DNA from: a virus
Direction: 5' to 3' (one strand)
Virus record (IMG/VR): IMGVR_UViG_3300042269_000036
Length of the DNA: 43,647 nt
Both the position numbers and the translations under genes were made by a program. This document shows positions 1 to 7,362 of this stretch, in pieces. How positions within the stretch are numbered: the stretch's first letter is position 1; every line of letters begins with the position of its first letter. Below the pieces are notes generated by a model. That model searched no databases. It was not told the DNA's origin and was given only the letters and a program-made list of their open reading frames with translations.

Positions 1-127
1 TTGCCCCTGAACCACCTGGCACCGCTCACAGCGAGGTGGTCACAAGGTGGGAATGCCGCCACAAATGCAATCCGACTTCGGCTTACTGGCGGCAACCACG
101 GGCGCGTCAAGTCGGCGTGTACCTTAT
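1..127. repeat. Terminal direct repeat, left copy (identical to 43521..43647)
   Basis: Both termini read base by base: ttgcccctgaaccacctggc...gtcggcgtgtaccttat, 127 nt, no mismatch. Confidence 0.97.
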
Positions 128-148
128 GTAGCCTTCCATTGGTCGTTA

Positions 149-157
149 CCCCCCCCC
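149..157 (-). repeat. Homopolymer, C9 on plus strand = G9 in the coding strand of the methyltransferase-like gene
   Basis: ggtcgttaCC CCCCCCCgat counted directly. Confidence 0.95.
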
Positions 158-353
158 GATTCATAAGCAACAGGGTGCTGAAGATCAACGATCCAGCACT
201 CAAAACCGGCGTCAAGCCACGGCTCGACCATCTTTCCTGTCACGTCGTACAGGCTTATAACTGTATCCTTCATACGTTCTCCAATGTCAGTGCATGGGCA
301 CGTTTAACCATACGGTGAAGCGGATTCGCTACGCTCTCCGCTTACCTTCATCG

Positions 354-536
354 TTAGGGATCTTGCAGCCAAGAAGTCCCATCCTCGTCAACGGAGATGC
401 CGGTTCGCAAACCGCAGTCCATACACTTCGCGGTATCGCCGTCGTAGCAGCTCCCTTCTGGGGCAGAGGTAAAGACTTCCATCCCCCCTCCACACTCCGG
501 GCAACTGTCATGCTCCCAGAATTTCCATTCATACAT
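354..536 (-). CDS. Small zinc-ribbon-like protein (60 aa)
   Basis: ORF with GGAGG RBS; CPEC...CMDC cysteine pairs. Confidence 0.6.
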   Translation of the reverse strand: MYEWKFWEHDSCPECGGGMEVFTSAPEGSCYDGDTAKCMDCGLRTGISVDEDGTSWLQDP

Positions 537-631
537 TTGCAGCCTCCATCCCTAACCAGCTAGTCCAGCGAATGGACCAACCGTGGCGGTTTTTGGTTTA
601 AACAGGGCAGCGCCATCGCTGACCCTGGTCG

Positions 632-961
632 TTAAGCAGAAAGCCACTTAACTGCGGCTTCAAGTCCGCGGGTTTTCTGTTTCGGAGCTACCTCCAGCAG
701 CATAGTCGCAGTTCCGCGGAACCTTTTTTCCATGTCCTCAAGAAATTCAGCGTTTTCGTGCCTCCCGCTCCTCCTCATAAAATCTGCAACGTCAAGCAAT
801 TCTTGCATGTCAGCATTAAACGACTTGCTTACTTTGCTGTTAAAAATATGATCTTCCGTCATTGATACGACTTCCTCCCCACAGTGGTGGCATCCAAACC
901 CGCCACACTGGAAACAAACATGTTCTCCGCTGGTATTTAATGTGTCGTCAGCTATTCCCAT
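632..961 (-). CDS. Hypothetical protein with N-terminal CxxC-x4-CxxC cluster (109 aa)
   Basis: ORF in operon context; CFQCGGFGCHHC. Confidence 0.6.
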   Translation of the reverse strand: MGIADDTLNTSGEHVCFQCGGFGCHHCGEEVVSMTEDHIFNSKVSKSFNADMQELLDVADFMRRSGRHENAEFLEDMEKRFRGTATMLLEVAPKQKTRGLEAAVKWLSA

Positions 962-1047
962 CCTTGACCCTCGAGTGGTAAATTTCTCTTACAGTTGCCT
1001 AACCAGCCGCTCGACCGAATCGCTAACGCTCTCGGTCAGCTATATCG

Positions 1048-1593
1048 TTATGCTCCACAATGAACCAGATCGTGAACAATTGGAGCCATCGGGAAGAAGC
1101 TATTGTCATTTTTCAATGACCAACATCCCTTTTCTTCGTCCCACACAATCGTAAAAACATCATGCTCGCCCCATGCCGGATACCGAACTGTATCGTGCTC
1201 CCAAAACTCGTTACCTTCTCCATCGGTAAAGCCTGTCCATAGTTCGATATCAAGCAAGATCGGCTTCTCAGTTTCTTGGTCATACCCGGCAAAACCAATC
1301 AGCGTTCCATCGTTTACATGATGGTAAATCTCGGCAATAGCATTGTGGTAAAATAGGTAGTTGCCGTTTTCTCTACTTCTCCCTCTTAGCTTAATGTCCA
1401 TTGTCTTCACCTCTCCAGTATTTGTTATCAAGCTCGTTATAAAGCCCGTAAAGTTCTCCCCTTGTTTGCTCGTCGGCGTTCTTATATTTCTCTTTAACCA
1501 CTTGCCGACAAAATCACCTTCTTTGATTTCAATGGCGTCAAGACCGTGCTGCTTGAGCTTTTCGCCTTTAAAGAGTCCAAGTTGTCCGTTCAC
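1048..1593 (-). CDS. Hypothetical protein, C-terminal half YopX-like by eye (181 aa)
   Basis: GTG start overlaps the stop of the upstream gene (ATGTGA) with GGAGG RBS. LLDIELWTGFTDGEGNEFWEHD...VFTIVWDEEKGCWSL resembles the YopX-type beta domain (from memory). Confidence 0.5.
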   Translation of the reverse strand: MNGQLGLFKGEKLKQHGLDAIEIKEGDFVGKWLKRNIRTPTSKQGENFTGFITSLITNTGEVKTMDIKLRGRSRENGNYLFYHNAIAEIYHHVNDGTLIGFAGYDQETEKPILLDIELWTGFTDGEGNEFWEHDTVRYPAWGEHDVFTIVWDEEKGCWSLKNDNSFFPMAPIVHDLVHCGA

Positions 1594-2858
1594 ATTGCCT
1601 CCATAATTTGCGTTACAAGTTCAATCCTGTCGCCTATGTGCCGCATGACGTTGGTTGCCATGCTGTTGCCGAGAGCCTTGTACCGTGGCCCATCAGGGCA
1701 TTGCTCTTCCGGTTTGTCGCGCCACGGTATACGGGTGTAGTTGTCAGGAAAAGCTTGTAGGCGTTCACATTCAACAGGGGTTAGACGGCGTACTTGCATG
1801 TTTGTCATGACATTTGCGGCATTGCGTCCTGTTGCGTTTTGGTTGGTGGCCAAAGAGTGCATAATTTCGCCAGTTAAAACGTCTCCAACTTGGTTCTGTG
1901 TGAACGCAACAGCCTGTCCTTGGGTCTGGTCAAGCGTATATGCCACGCTGTCCGAGAAGCCGTAGCCGTTGCTTGATGTCTGCGCTGTGCGGATGGCCAC
2001 CGCCTGTTGGCTGTTGGCCCCCAACGCAAAGCTCCTTTCATTGCTGCTTACGGGGTCTTGTGTGGCGTGAAAACATATCGGCGCACCGTCCCGGTTGCAG
2101 TTGAGAGCCGGGGAAAAATTCTGCGTTATCTCGGCGTTGGCTTGCCCGGATGACATGCAGACAAATTGCCTCGTCCCACCCTGCCCCCCTCTGAGCAGAG
2201 GCCCGTAATGCTCTATACTTGCGTTGCATTCTTCATCAAGGCCAATCGCAGGGCTTGCGGCAACTCTTTGCCCCGTTTGTCTGCTCGGCGCAGAATCCCC
2301 CGACAAGCTTTCGCGCTCAAAAAGTACCGCTGCGGCAGGTCGCCAGTCTCCAAGATATCCGACAACGAACACACGCCTTCGTCTTTGAGGCACAGCCCGT
2401 CTATGTGATTCCACTCGCACGAATTGAGCGTCAAAAACCCGGTAGGCGAACCCATACCCGAGTTCGGCCAGCATCCCGAGGAAGGTTCCAAAATCCCTGC
2501 CTCCGTTAGATGACAAGACCCCAGGGACGTTCTCCCATACCAACCATGTGGGCCGATATTTTGAAGCAATCGCACCAAAGATAAGCATGAGGTTCCCCCG
2601 TGGGTCAGCAAGCCCCTTTCGAAGTCCTGCGACTGAGAACGATTGACATGGGGTGCCTCCGACGAGAACATCGATATCTGCATCTGACCACTCCTTGTAT
2701 TTTGTCATGTCGCCATAGTTCGGCGTTTGTGGGTAACGATGTTGCAGGACGGCACACGGGAACGGCTCAATTTCGCTGTAAAACGCCGCTTTCCATCCAA
2801 GCGGCTCCCACGCCACTGTTGCAGCTTCAATCCCGCTGCATACGCTTCCGTAAGTCAC
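1590..2858 (-). CDS. dcm: DNA (cytosine-5) methyltransferase, Dcm type
   Basis: Motifs CSGIEAAT (I), GGTPCQSFS (IV), WENVPG (VI), QRRRRVF (VIII), ALGNSMA (X). Preferred start GTG 2858 (AGGAGG 5 nt upstream, overlaps upstream stop). The track start at 2981 is an unsupported 5' extension. Confidence 0.92.
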   Translation of the reverse strand: MTYGSVCSGIEAATVAWEPLGWKAAFYSEIEPFPCAVLQHRYPQTPNYGDMTKYKEWSDADIDVLVGGTPCQSFSVAGLRKGLADPRGNLMLIFGAIASKYRPTWLVWENVPGVLSSNGGRDFGTFLGMLAELGYGFAYRVFDAQFVRVESHRRAVPQRRRRVFVVGYLGDWRPAAAVLFERESLSGDSAPSRQTGQRVAASPAIGLDEECNASIEHYGPLLRGGQGGTRQFVCMSSGQANAEITQNFSPALNCNRDGAPICFHATQDPVSSNERSFALGANSQQAVAIRTAQTSSNGYGFSDSVAYTLDQTQGQAVAFTQNQVGDVLTGEIMHSLATNQNATGRNAANVMTNMQVRRLTPVECERLQAFPDNYTRIPWRDKPEEQCPDGPRYKALGNSMATNVMRHIGDRIELVTQIMEAM

Positions 2859-3112
2859 ATTGCCTCCTGTAGTCTGCGTTGCGTTTCTGCCAGCAGTTCG
2901 TCCTGCGTCATATACCGCCGCTCCCACCGATTCTTCCCGAGAGTGTGGATCCCCTCTTGACCGCGATGATGAAACGGGCAAAGTGGGGTTGCCTTTTCAT
3001 GTTTGCGCTTTTCCCCGAACCTGCGCACATGATGAATTTCGGCGGGCATCCCGCATATCAGGCAGCCGAGCGCCGCCACTTTATCCAGGTAGTTGCTTTC
3101 TGCTTTGGTCAT
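2855..3112 (-). CDS. Ref-like / HNH-type small nuclease (85 aa)
   Basis: CLICGMPAEIHHVRRFG...PLCPFHHRG pattern. ATG 3112 overlaps the upstream stop (ATGA). The track start at 3361 is rejected. Confidence 0.65.
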   Translation of the reverse strand: MTKAESNYLDKVAALGCLICGMPAEIHHVRRFGEKRKHEKATPLCPFHHRGQEGIHTLGKNRWERRYMTQDELLAETQRRLQEAM

Positions 3113-3498
3113 ACCGCCACCCTCTCTTTCCACTCCACTCCATGCTCTGCGCCAAAACAGTAGATAAGCTCGATTAGCTCCGAAAACTCCGCCTTGCTCA
3201 TTTTGGAAGTGTGCGCCCCTATCACCACAAAGCCCCCGTCGATCCCAGGAACGGCACGTTGCTTTTTCAGCCCTGCGGTAAGCACGTCCTTCCACTCTTC
3301 CTTCGTGAGTTTCTGCCCGTACCATTCGACTTGCGTTGACAATTCGGTGAGCAAGGGCCACAGCAAAGCGTTCTGATCGAGTGAGCGTGTCGGCGGCTTA
3401 ATCTCAACCACCATCCCTTCCGGTGCGTTCTGTACTGCTGCAATGGCGCGTTGACGGGCGGTTTCGTGAGACAGGATAAAGCGTTTCTTGTCCCTCAC
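3109..3498 (-). CDS. ninB: NinB/Orf-family recombination mediator
   Basis: KPPTRSLDQNALLWPLLTELSTQVEWYGQKLTKEEWKDVLTAGL matches the NinB signature from memory. GTG 3498 overlaps the upstream TGA, with GGAGGTG RBS. Confidence 0.7.
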   Translation of the reverse strand: MRDKKRFILSHETARQRAIAAVQNAPEGMVVEIKPPTRSLDQNALLWPLLTELSTQVEWYGQKLTKEEWKDVLTAGLKKQRAVPGIDGGFVVIGAHTSKMSKAEFSELIELIYCFGAEHGVEWKERVAV

Positions 3499-3722
3499 TG
3501 CCCCACCTCCCTGCACCCCGTGATAGCCACCCCAGGGCAAGCGCGTTCTGCTTGTTCCATGGCATCAGTGCCGTTTGGGGCGTGGATGCGGATAACGTTG
3601 CCGTCTGCAAGTTCGATTTCGTACAGGTCGAGGTAGGGGTGTTTCATGCTTTCCAGGTGTTCGTCGTAAGCGTCTCCCATGGCTGTATAAGCGTCGTACA
3701 TTTCATGGCCTTGATATGTCAT
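3495..3722 (-). CDS. Hypothetical acidic protein (75 aa)
   Basis: ORF translationally coupled on both sides. Confidence 0.55.
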   Translation of the reverse strand: MTYQGHEMYDAYTAMGDAYDEHLESMKHPYLDLYEIELADGNVIRIHAPNGTDAMEQAERACPGVAITGCREVGQ

Positions 3723-3946
3723 TTGCCACCTCCATACGGCAGATGCCCACCTGGGACCTCTACCTCGTCAACCTCCGGCCCCGTAGGGTCAAGTACCGGG
3801 GCGTAGCAGCAGTTGGACACATATTCAGGTTGCCGCACCGCAGTTTTAACCAGCCTGCCGCTCGGCCCTTCCAGCATTTCGCAACCATCGTCTTCGATGA
3901 TTTCGCAGTGCTCTTTGCACTCGCTGCATATTCCAAAGCTTTTCAT
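3719..3946 (-). CDS. Hypothetical Cys-rich protein (75 aa)
   Basis: AAAGGAGG RBS; CSECKEHC...CC. Confidence 0.6.
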   Translation of the reverse strand: MKSFGICSECKEHCEIIEDDGCEMLEGPSGRLVKTAVRQPEYVSNCCYAPVLDPTGPEVDEVEVPGGHLPYGGGK

Positions 3947-3963
3947 TGCTGCCTCCTTTAATT

Positions 3964-3990
3964 CCCCGCCCCCGACTATCGGGGGCGGGG
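3964..3990 (-). other. 11-bp all-GC stem-loop between ERF and the next gene
   Basis: CCCCGCCCCCG-actat-CGGGGGCGGGG. No U-tract on either strand, so not a classical intrinsic terminator. Confidence 0.6.
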
Positions 3991-4040
3991 TGCCGCAGAC
4001 CGAAACAGTTTCCTGCAGAACAGAAAAAATCTGCGGCTTG

Positions 4041-4655
4041 CTATCCGTTAACGACCTCGCCGCCGAGTTCCACGCGACGGGCCGCTGCGATTTCTTTAAG
4101 CTTTTCCGCTCCCGCCTTCGGCATGGCCTTGAGCCACGCTGCGCGGTTTTTTAAGATCCCGTCCACGTCAGAGGGGGTGAAAGCTCCGTCAAGTTCAGTG
4201 GATATGGTCTTGTAATGTTCCTTGTGCGGATCATTTCCGTTGCTTCGTTGCTGTGGCGCATTCTTCTGCTGTTTGGCATAGCCGTTTGTGTCAGCATCCT
4301 TGGTGTCGTCGATCAGAAAAAGGCCGTTAAGTGCGTATTTTCTTGCATAGCTGGATGCCGCGCCAGTGATCTGGCTTTCGTCCATACCCTTCTTTGTTTC
4401 GGCTTCGCGGGCGTATGCCGTCACTTCGGCGTGACACCCGTCCTGCCCTTCAAATTTGACCGTCGCCTTGACGTAGATGCGCCCGCCGATTTCTTCGATG
4501 ATGTCCGATATGGTCAGGCAAGCGTCGTGCTTTTTAAGCAGCGGCTTTACGGCCTCTAAAATGTCTTCACAGCTTCGGTAGTTGTAACCTCCGAAAGAAT
4601 TTTTTTGATTCTTAGGCGCTTTCAGTTCCGCTTGAATTTTCGCCAGTGCGTTCAT
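4041..4655 (-). CDS. erf: ERF-family single-strand annealing protein
   Basis: N-terminal MNALAKIQAELKAPKNQKNSFGGYNYRSCEDILEAVKPLL and GAASSYARKYALNGLF are typical ERF blocks. Sits next to an exonuclease. Confidence 0.8.
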   Translation of the reverse strand: MNALAKIQAELKAPKNQKNSFGGYNYRSCEDILEAVKPLLKKHDACLTISDIIEEIGGRIYVKATVKFEGQDGCHAEVTAYAREAETKKGMDESQITGAASSYARKYALNGLFLIDDTKDADTNGYAKQQKNAPQQRSNGNDPHKEHYKTISTELDGAFTPSDVDGILKNRAAWLKAMPKAGAEKLKEIAAARRVELGGEVVNG

Positions 4656-4667
4656 GGTTTCCTCCGA

Positions 4668-5453
4668 TTAAAACGCCGGGTCGAATTTCTTGATTTCCTT
4701 CCAGAGCGATAAAAGCCCCTGAAAAATCCTCCACCCGCGCTGCAATTCTTCTTCGTCGTGCATAATGACCTGCACAAGCCCAGGCTCCGACACGCTCACA
4801 AACACGTTGCCGCAAGCGGCGGTCGGCATGTCCAGCCCGTAACGGTAGGCCGCGAGTTGGATGCTGTGTTCGTCGTAGATAAGCTTCTTCGTGTCGGCCT
4901 CCGTAAACTCCTTGGTCTTTACGTCGAGCACCACGTTTGAAGTTCTGCTGTGCAGGTCCACCTTGCCGCCGTATCCGTAGGGGTGCGCGAAGCTCTTTTC
5001 CGGCTCCCACTCGCTGCCGATGGCAAATATCTGTTCCGTGGCCGCGACAACATAGGGCACATAGTCGGCTTCGATGGCATCCCCGCAAAAGTGCGCTTCG
5101 ATGGCCGCGTGAATGTTGGTGCCGCGCTGTGCTGCTTCAATCGCCTGCTGTTTGGAGTCGGCCATAATACGGGCGGCATAATCGTCCAGGGATTCGCCGT
5201 CGTGCATCGGCAGGGTCAGCGCGGCAAGAAGCACTTGTTTCTGCTTCCACACTTCAAGGGCGGGCTTGGCCATGACCTTCATGACCGTGGTAACACTCGG
5301 CACAAGTCTGTGCTTTCTGGCGTCCCGCATATCTACCGGCCTCATCCCGCCCTTTTTCTTTTCGATTTCGTAACAGGCCGCGCCGTCCGGTCGGTACCAA
5401 TGTCCACCCTGGCTGGCGATGCCGGTCGTGATTTTCGCTTCGACTCCGTTCAT
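4668..5453 (-). CDS. PD-(D/E)XK (Cas4/RecB-like) exonuclease
   Basis: GGKVDLH...VVLDVKTK (D...D/E-x-K) and QLAAYRYG. ATG 5453 with GGAGG RBS; the 5540 start is rejected. Confidence 0.7.
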   Translation of the reverse strand: MNGVEAKITTGIASQGGHWYRPDGAACYEIEKKKGGMRPVDMRDARKHRLVPSVTTVMKVMAKPALEVWKQKQVLLAALTLPMHDGESLDDYAARIMADSKQQAIEAAQRGTNIHAAIEAHFCGDAIEADYVPYVVAATEQIFAIGSEWEPEKSFAHPYGYGGKVDLHSRTSNVVLDVKTKEFTEADTKKLIYDEHSIQLAAYRYGLDMPTAACGNVFVSVSEPGLVQVIMHDEEELQRGWRIFQGLLSLWKEIKKFDPAF

Positions 5454-5464
5454 TTCGTCCTCCG

Positions 5465-5620
5465 TCAGTAGAAGTAGGTCGTACCCTCTTCCTCTCCCGT
5501 TTCCTCGATGTGCTTGCGGAAAGCCTCGCGGTCGCCCCAATAGTCGGGGTCGTCGTCAAACGGACGGTATTCGCGCTTGGCTTCCTCGATGTAATACTCC
5601 ACCCATTCGTCGGCGTTCAT
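5465..5620 (-). CDS. Hypothetical acidic protein (51 aa)
   Basis: ATG 5620 preceded by AGGAGG. The longer track ORF overlaps the upstream gene. Confidence 0.5.
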   Translation of the reverse strand: MNADEWVEYYIEEAKREYRPFDDDPDYWGDREAFRKHIEETGEEEGTTYFY

Positions 5621-5630
5621 GGCTTGCCTC

Positions 5631-5894
5631 CTATTTGCTGACTGCTTTCTCAAGACTCTCAACCCGCAACTTGAGACGGCTTAGTTCTTGTGCGCGTTCT
5701 TCCGGCAACCTTTCTTCAAGTTCCGCGATAGCACACTCAAAGGACTTATGCCCGACTGAATAAACCCCGTCTGCCGAGACTGAATACATGCTTGTGATGC
5801 TACCGTCAGACCGCGTGAAGAAAGATTCTTCCGCCCCGCAGTTTTTCGTCAGGCTCAACTCCATAACCTTTTCTATGGCTTGTCTGGTTTCCAT
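5631..5894 (-). CDS. Hypothetical protein with C-terminal coiled coil (87 aa)
   Basis: ATG 5894 preceded by GGAGGAG. Confidence 0.55.
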   Translation of the reverse strand: METRQAIEKVMELSLTKNCGAEESFFTRSDGSITSMYSVSADGVYSVGHKSFECAIAELEERLPEERAQELSRLKLRVESLEKAVSK

Positions 5895-6030
5895 TGTCTC
5901 CTCCGATTCTCGCTGCCTCGTCCGGAAAGTAGCTGGCAAGGCAGCGGTCACATATTCCGTGGGTTTCTCCCTCCTGATTGTCGTCAGTAAACCCCATTAC
6001 CGTTTTGCACCATGCACATCGGCGCGTCAT
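5806..6030 (-). CDS. Small zinc-ribbon protein (74 aa), hidden in the tail of a repeat-derived artefactual ORF
   Basis: ATG 6030 overlaps the TGA of the repeat-protein gene (ATGA). MTRRCAWCKTVMGF...THGICDRCL is a CxxC...HGICxxC pattern. The last 89 nt overlap gene 5631..5894 in another frame. Confidence 0.5.
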   Translation of the reverse strand: MTRRCAWCKTVMGFTDDNQEGETHGICDRCLASYFPDEAARIGGDNGNQTSHRKGYGVEPDEKLRGGRIFLHAV

Positions 6031-6719
6031 CGGTACAACTCCATGAACCTCAGCCGCTTGGCTACCATGACCGTTAGACGGTCGTTTTGTGAGTCCCAAG
6101 CAGCGTCCCGAGCAGCGGCCCAAGCAGCGTCCCGAGCAGCGGCCCGAGCAGCGTCCCGAGCAGCGGCCCGAGCAGCGTCCCGAGCAGCGGCCCCAGCAGC
6201 GGCCCAAGCAGCGTCCCGAGCAGCGGCCCGAGCAGCGTCCCGAGCAGCGGCCCAAGCAGCGGCCCGAGCAGCGGCCCAAGCAGCGGCCCGAGCAGCGGCC
6301 CAAGCAGCGGCCCGAGCAGCGGCCCAAGCAGCGGCCCCAGCAGCGTCCCGAATAGAATCATCGCCCGTTGCGAGGTAATCTTTTACAACCTGAGGAGCAT
6401 CCCATAAGTGGATAACGTCAAGTGCGCAGCTGCGAGCAAAGGTGCGTAAAATGTCGTCGCAATCTACACGCGCAAGATACGTGCGCTCGGTCGCACAGGA
6501 CTTGTCGCTGCCGTGCAGAATCTGGCCGCCAAGCTCTACCCGATAAAGAATGCTGCCGCTGGCATACATAAGCGCATCAATAAGCCGCTTGCTGGCATGC
6601 AATCCGTTCCCGCACAGTTCAAGTTCGCCCTCTACGGTGTGCGTCTTGCCGCACTGGACAGGGCGACCGTCGCCGTACCCGAGGGTTTCGTTTTCGTCGC
6701 AAAACCACCAACCATACAT
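6027..6719 (-). CDS. Protein with globular N-domain plus about 21 tandem AA(R/W)(A/D) tetrapeptide repeats (230 aa)
   Basis: ATG 6719 with AGGAGGG 5 nt upstream. N-domain MYGWWFCDENETLGYGDGRPV...LCGNGLHAS...RVEL; C-terminal AAWAAARAAAWAAARDAARAAARDAAW. Confidence 0.7.
   Translation of the reverse strand: MYGWWFCDENETLGYGDGRPVQCGKTHTVEGELELCGNGLHASKRLIDALMYASGSILYRVELGGQILHGSDKSCATERTYLARVDCDDILRTFARSCALDVIHLWDAPQVVKDYLATGDDSIRDAAGAAAWAAARAAAWAAARAAAWAAARAAAWAAARDAARAAARDAAWAAAGAAARDAARAAARDAARAAARDAAWAAARDAAWDSQNDRLTVMVAKRLRFMELYR
6094..6350. repeat. 12-bp GC-rich tandem repeat, about 21 units (plus-strand unit gcagcg[g/t]ccc[a/g]a)
   Basis: Direct reading; stop-free in several frames of both strands. 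Confidence 0.9.
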
Positions 6720-6733
6720 GTTCCCTCCTGTGT

Positions 6734-6910
6734 TCATCGGCATGACTCCATCATCTGCTGTGCATGCCGGGCTTCCAGCTGCGCGATGCGGTCCTCTCGC
6801 TCCATGCACTCCAGCAACCCCCACACAACTACGACGTAGAGGAACAAGATGCCAGCAAGGTAGCCACAGTTTTGTATAAACCACTTAACAGCACGATTCT
6901 TTGTTTCCAT
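6734..6910 (-). CDS. Small single-pass membrane protein (58 aa, below the ORF-track cutoff)
   Basis: Hand translation METKNRAVKWFIQNCGYLAGILFLYVVVVWGLLECMEREDRIAQLEARHAQQMMESCR. The stop lies 15 nt before the next ATG; overlaps the 3' end of 6885..7070 by 26 nt. Confidence 0.5.
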   Translation of the reverse strand: METKNRAVKWFIQNCGYLAGILFLYVVVVWGLLECMEREDRIAQLEARHAQQMMESCR

Positions 6911-7070
6911 TGCGCCCCCTTTTCAGCCGCCGCAGTTCCTGCGAGACAAACGTTTGCATAGCGTTGTCGGTCAGCTCACCGATGCGTATATGTTCGCCGC
7001 GCCGCCGTTTAGCAACGATGAGCTCCAAAAGATCGTTATAGGTTTTTTCCGAAACTCTTATATTTTTCAT
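6885..7070 (-). CDS. First early gene: small RHH/Arc-like DNA-binding candidate (61 aa)
   Basis: MKNIRVSEKTYNDLLELIV has a beta-strand then helix pattern. It is the first ORF downstream of the predicted early promoter/operator. Confidence 0.5.
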   Translation of the reverse strand: MKNIRVSEKTYNDLLELIVAKRRRGEHIRIGELTDNAMQTFVSQELRRLKRGRNGNKESCC

Positions 7071-7216
7071 GTTGGTACCTCGTTAAAGTTAAAGTGTTTC
7101 TCCGATTCGACGGGTCGCGGGCTCTGGCGCATTCGTCCGTTGCGCGGGACCGTCACAGCCCTTGCGGGCCTCGGCTCTATTCGGTTTTCAAAGATCGTTC
7201 GGCGTTGTTGATTTCA

Positions 7217-7244
7217 ACTATACGCCTTTTTCGCAAAACTGCAA
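7217..7244 (-). promoter_or_regulatory. Predicted early promoter: TTGCAG-N16-TATAGT
   Basis: -35 at 7244..7239 and -10 at 7222..7217 on the minus strand, about 145 nt upstream of ATG 7070. Confidence 0.5.
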
Positions 7245-7267
7245 GAAAAAATTGCACGTTTGCGAAA
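7229..7267. promoter_or_regulatory. 39-bp imperfect palindrome (operator candidate) overlapping the early -35
   Basis: TTTCGCAAAACTGCAA-gaaaaaa-TTGCACGTTTGCGAAA; the arms match 14/16. Confidence 0.6.
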
Positions 7268-7362
7268 TAAATATATGAAAAAATAGAAAGGTGTTGCAAA
7301 ACAGTGACTTGCGTTGTGGGATGTGAGTGCCTGGAGGTAAGAATGGTGGGAGAGGAGGTGTA

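Larger units (their letters stand above)
1..273 (-). pseudogene. 5' part of a junction-spanning C5 DNA-methyltransferase-like gene; reading frame broken at a G9 tract
   Basis: ATG 273..271 (GGAG upstream) encodes MKDTVISLYDVTGKMVEPWLDAGFECWIVDLQHPVAYESGG. After nine G (coding strand) this frame stops at 126..124. The frame that continues across the junction into 43520..43136 is offset by one nt. Deleting one G gives a single 218-codon ORF. Confidence 0.6.

Noticed and set aside
2859-2981. Long 5' extensions offered by the ORF track for many genes (starts at 2981, 3361, 3540, 5540, 5662, 5951, 6884, 8012, 9838, 36615, 39248, 42452, 43124)
   Set aside because: Each extension overlaps the preceding gene in another frame and lacks an RBS. 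Internal ATG/GTG starts sit 4-8 nt after AGGAGG-like sites and overlap the upstream stop codon.
5788-6378. Several long ORFs in other frames and on the opposite strand across 6074..6378 (5806..6327 N-terminal part, 6074..6361, 6089..6355, 5788..6378), translating to GRCS, LLGP, QRPE or AASR repeats
   Set aside because: They exist only because the 12-bp tandem repeat lacks stop codons in those frames. They have no RBS and no coupling to neighbours. Only the frame with an AGGAGGG-preceded ATG at 6719 joins a non-repetitive domain. The non-repeat tail of 5806..6327 is kept as a separate 74-aa gene.
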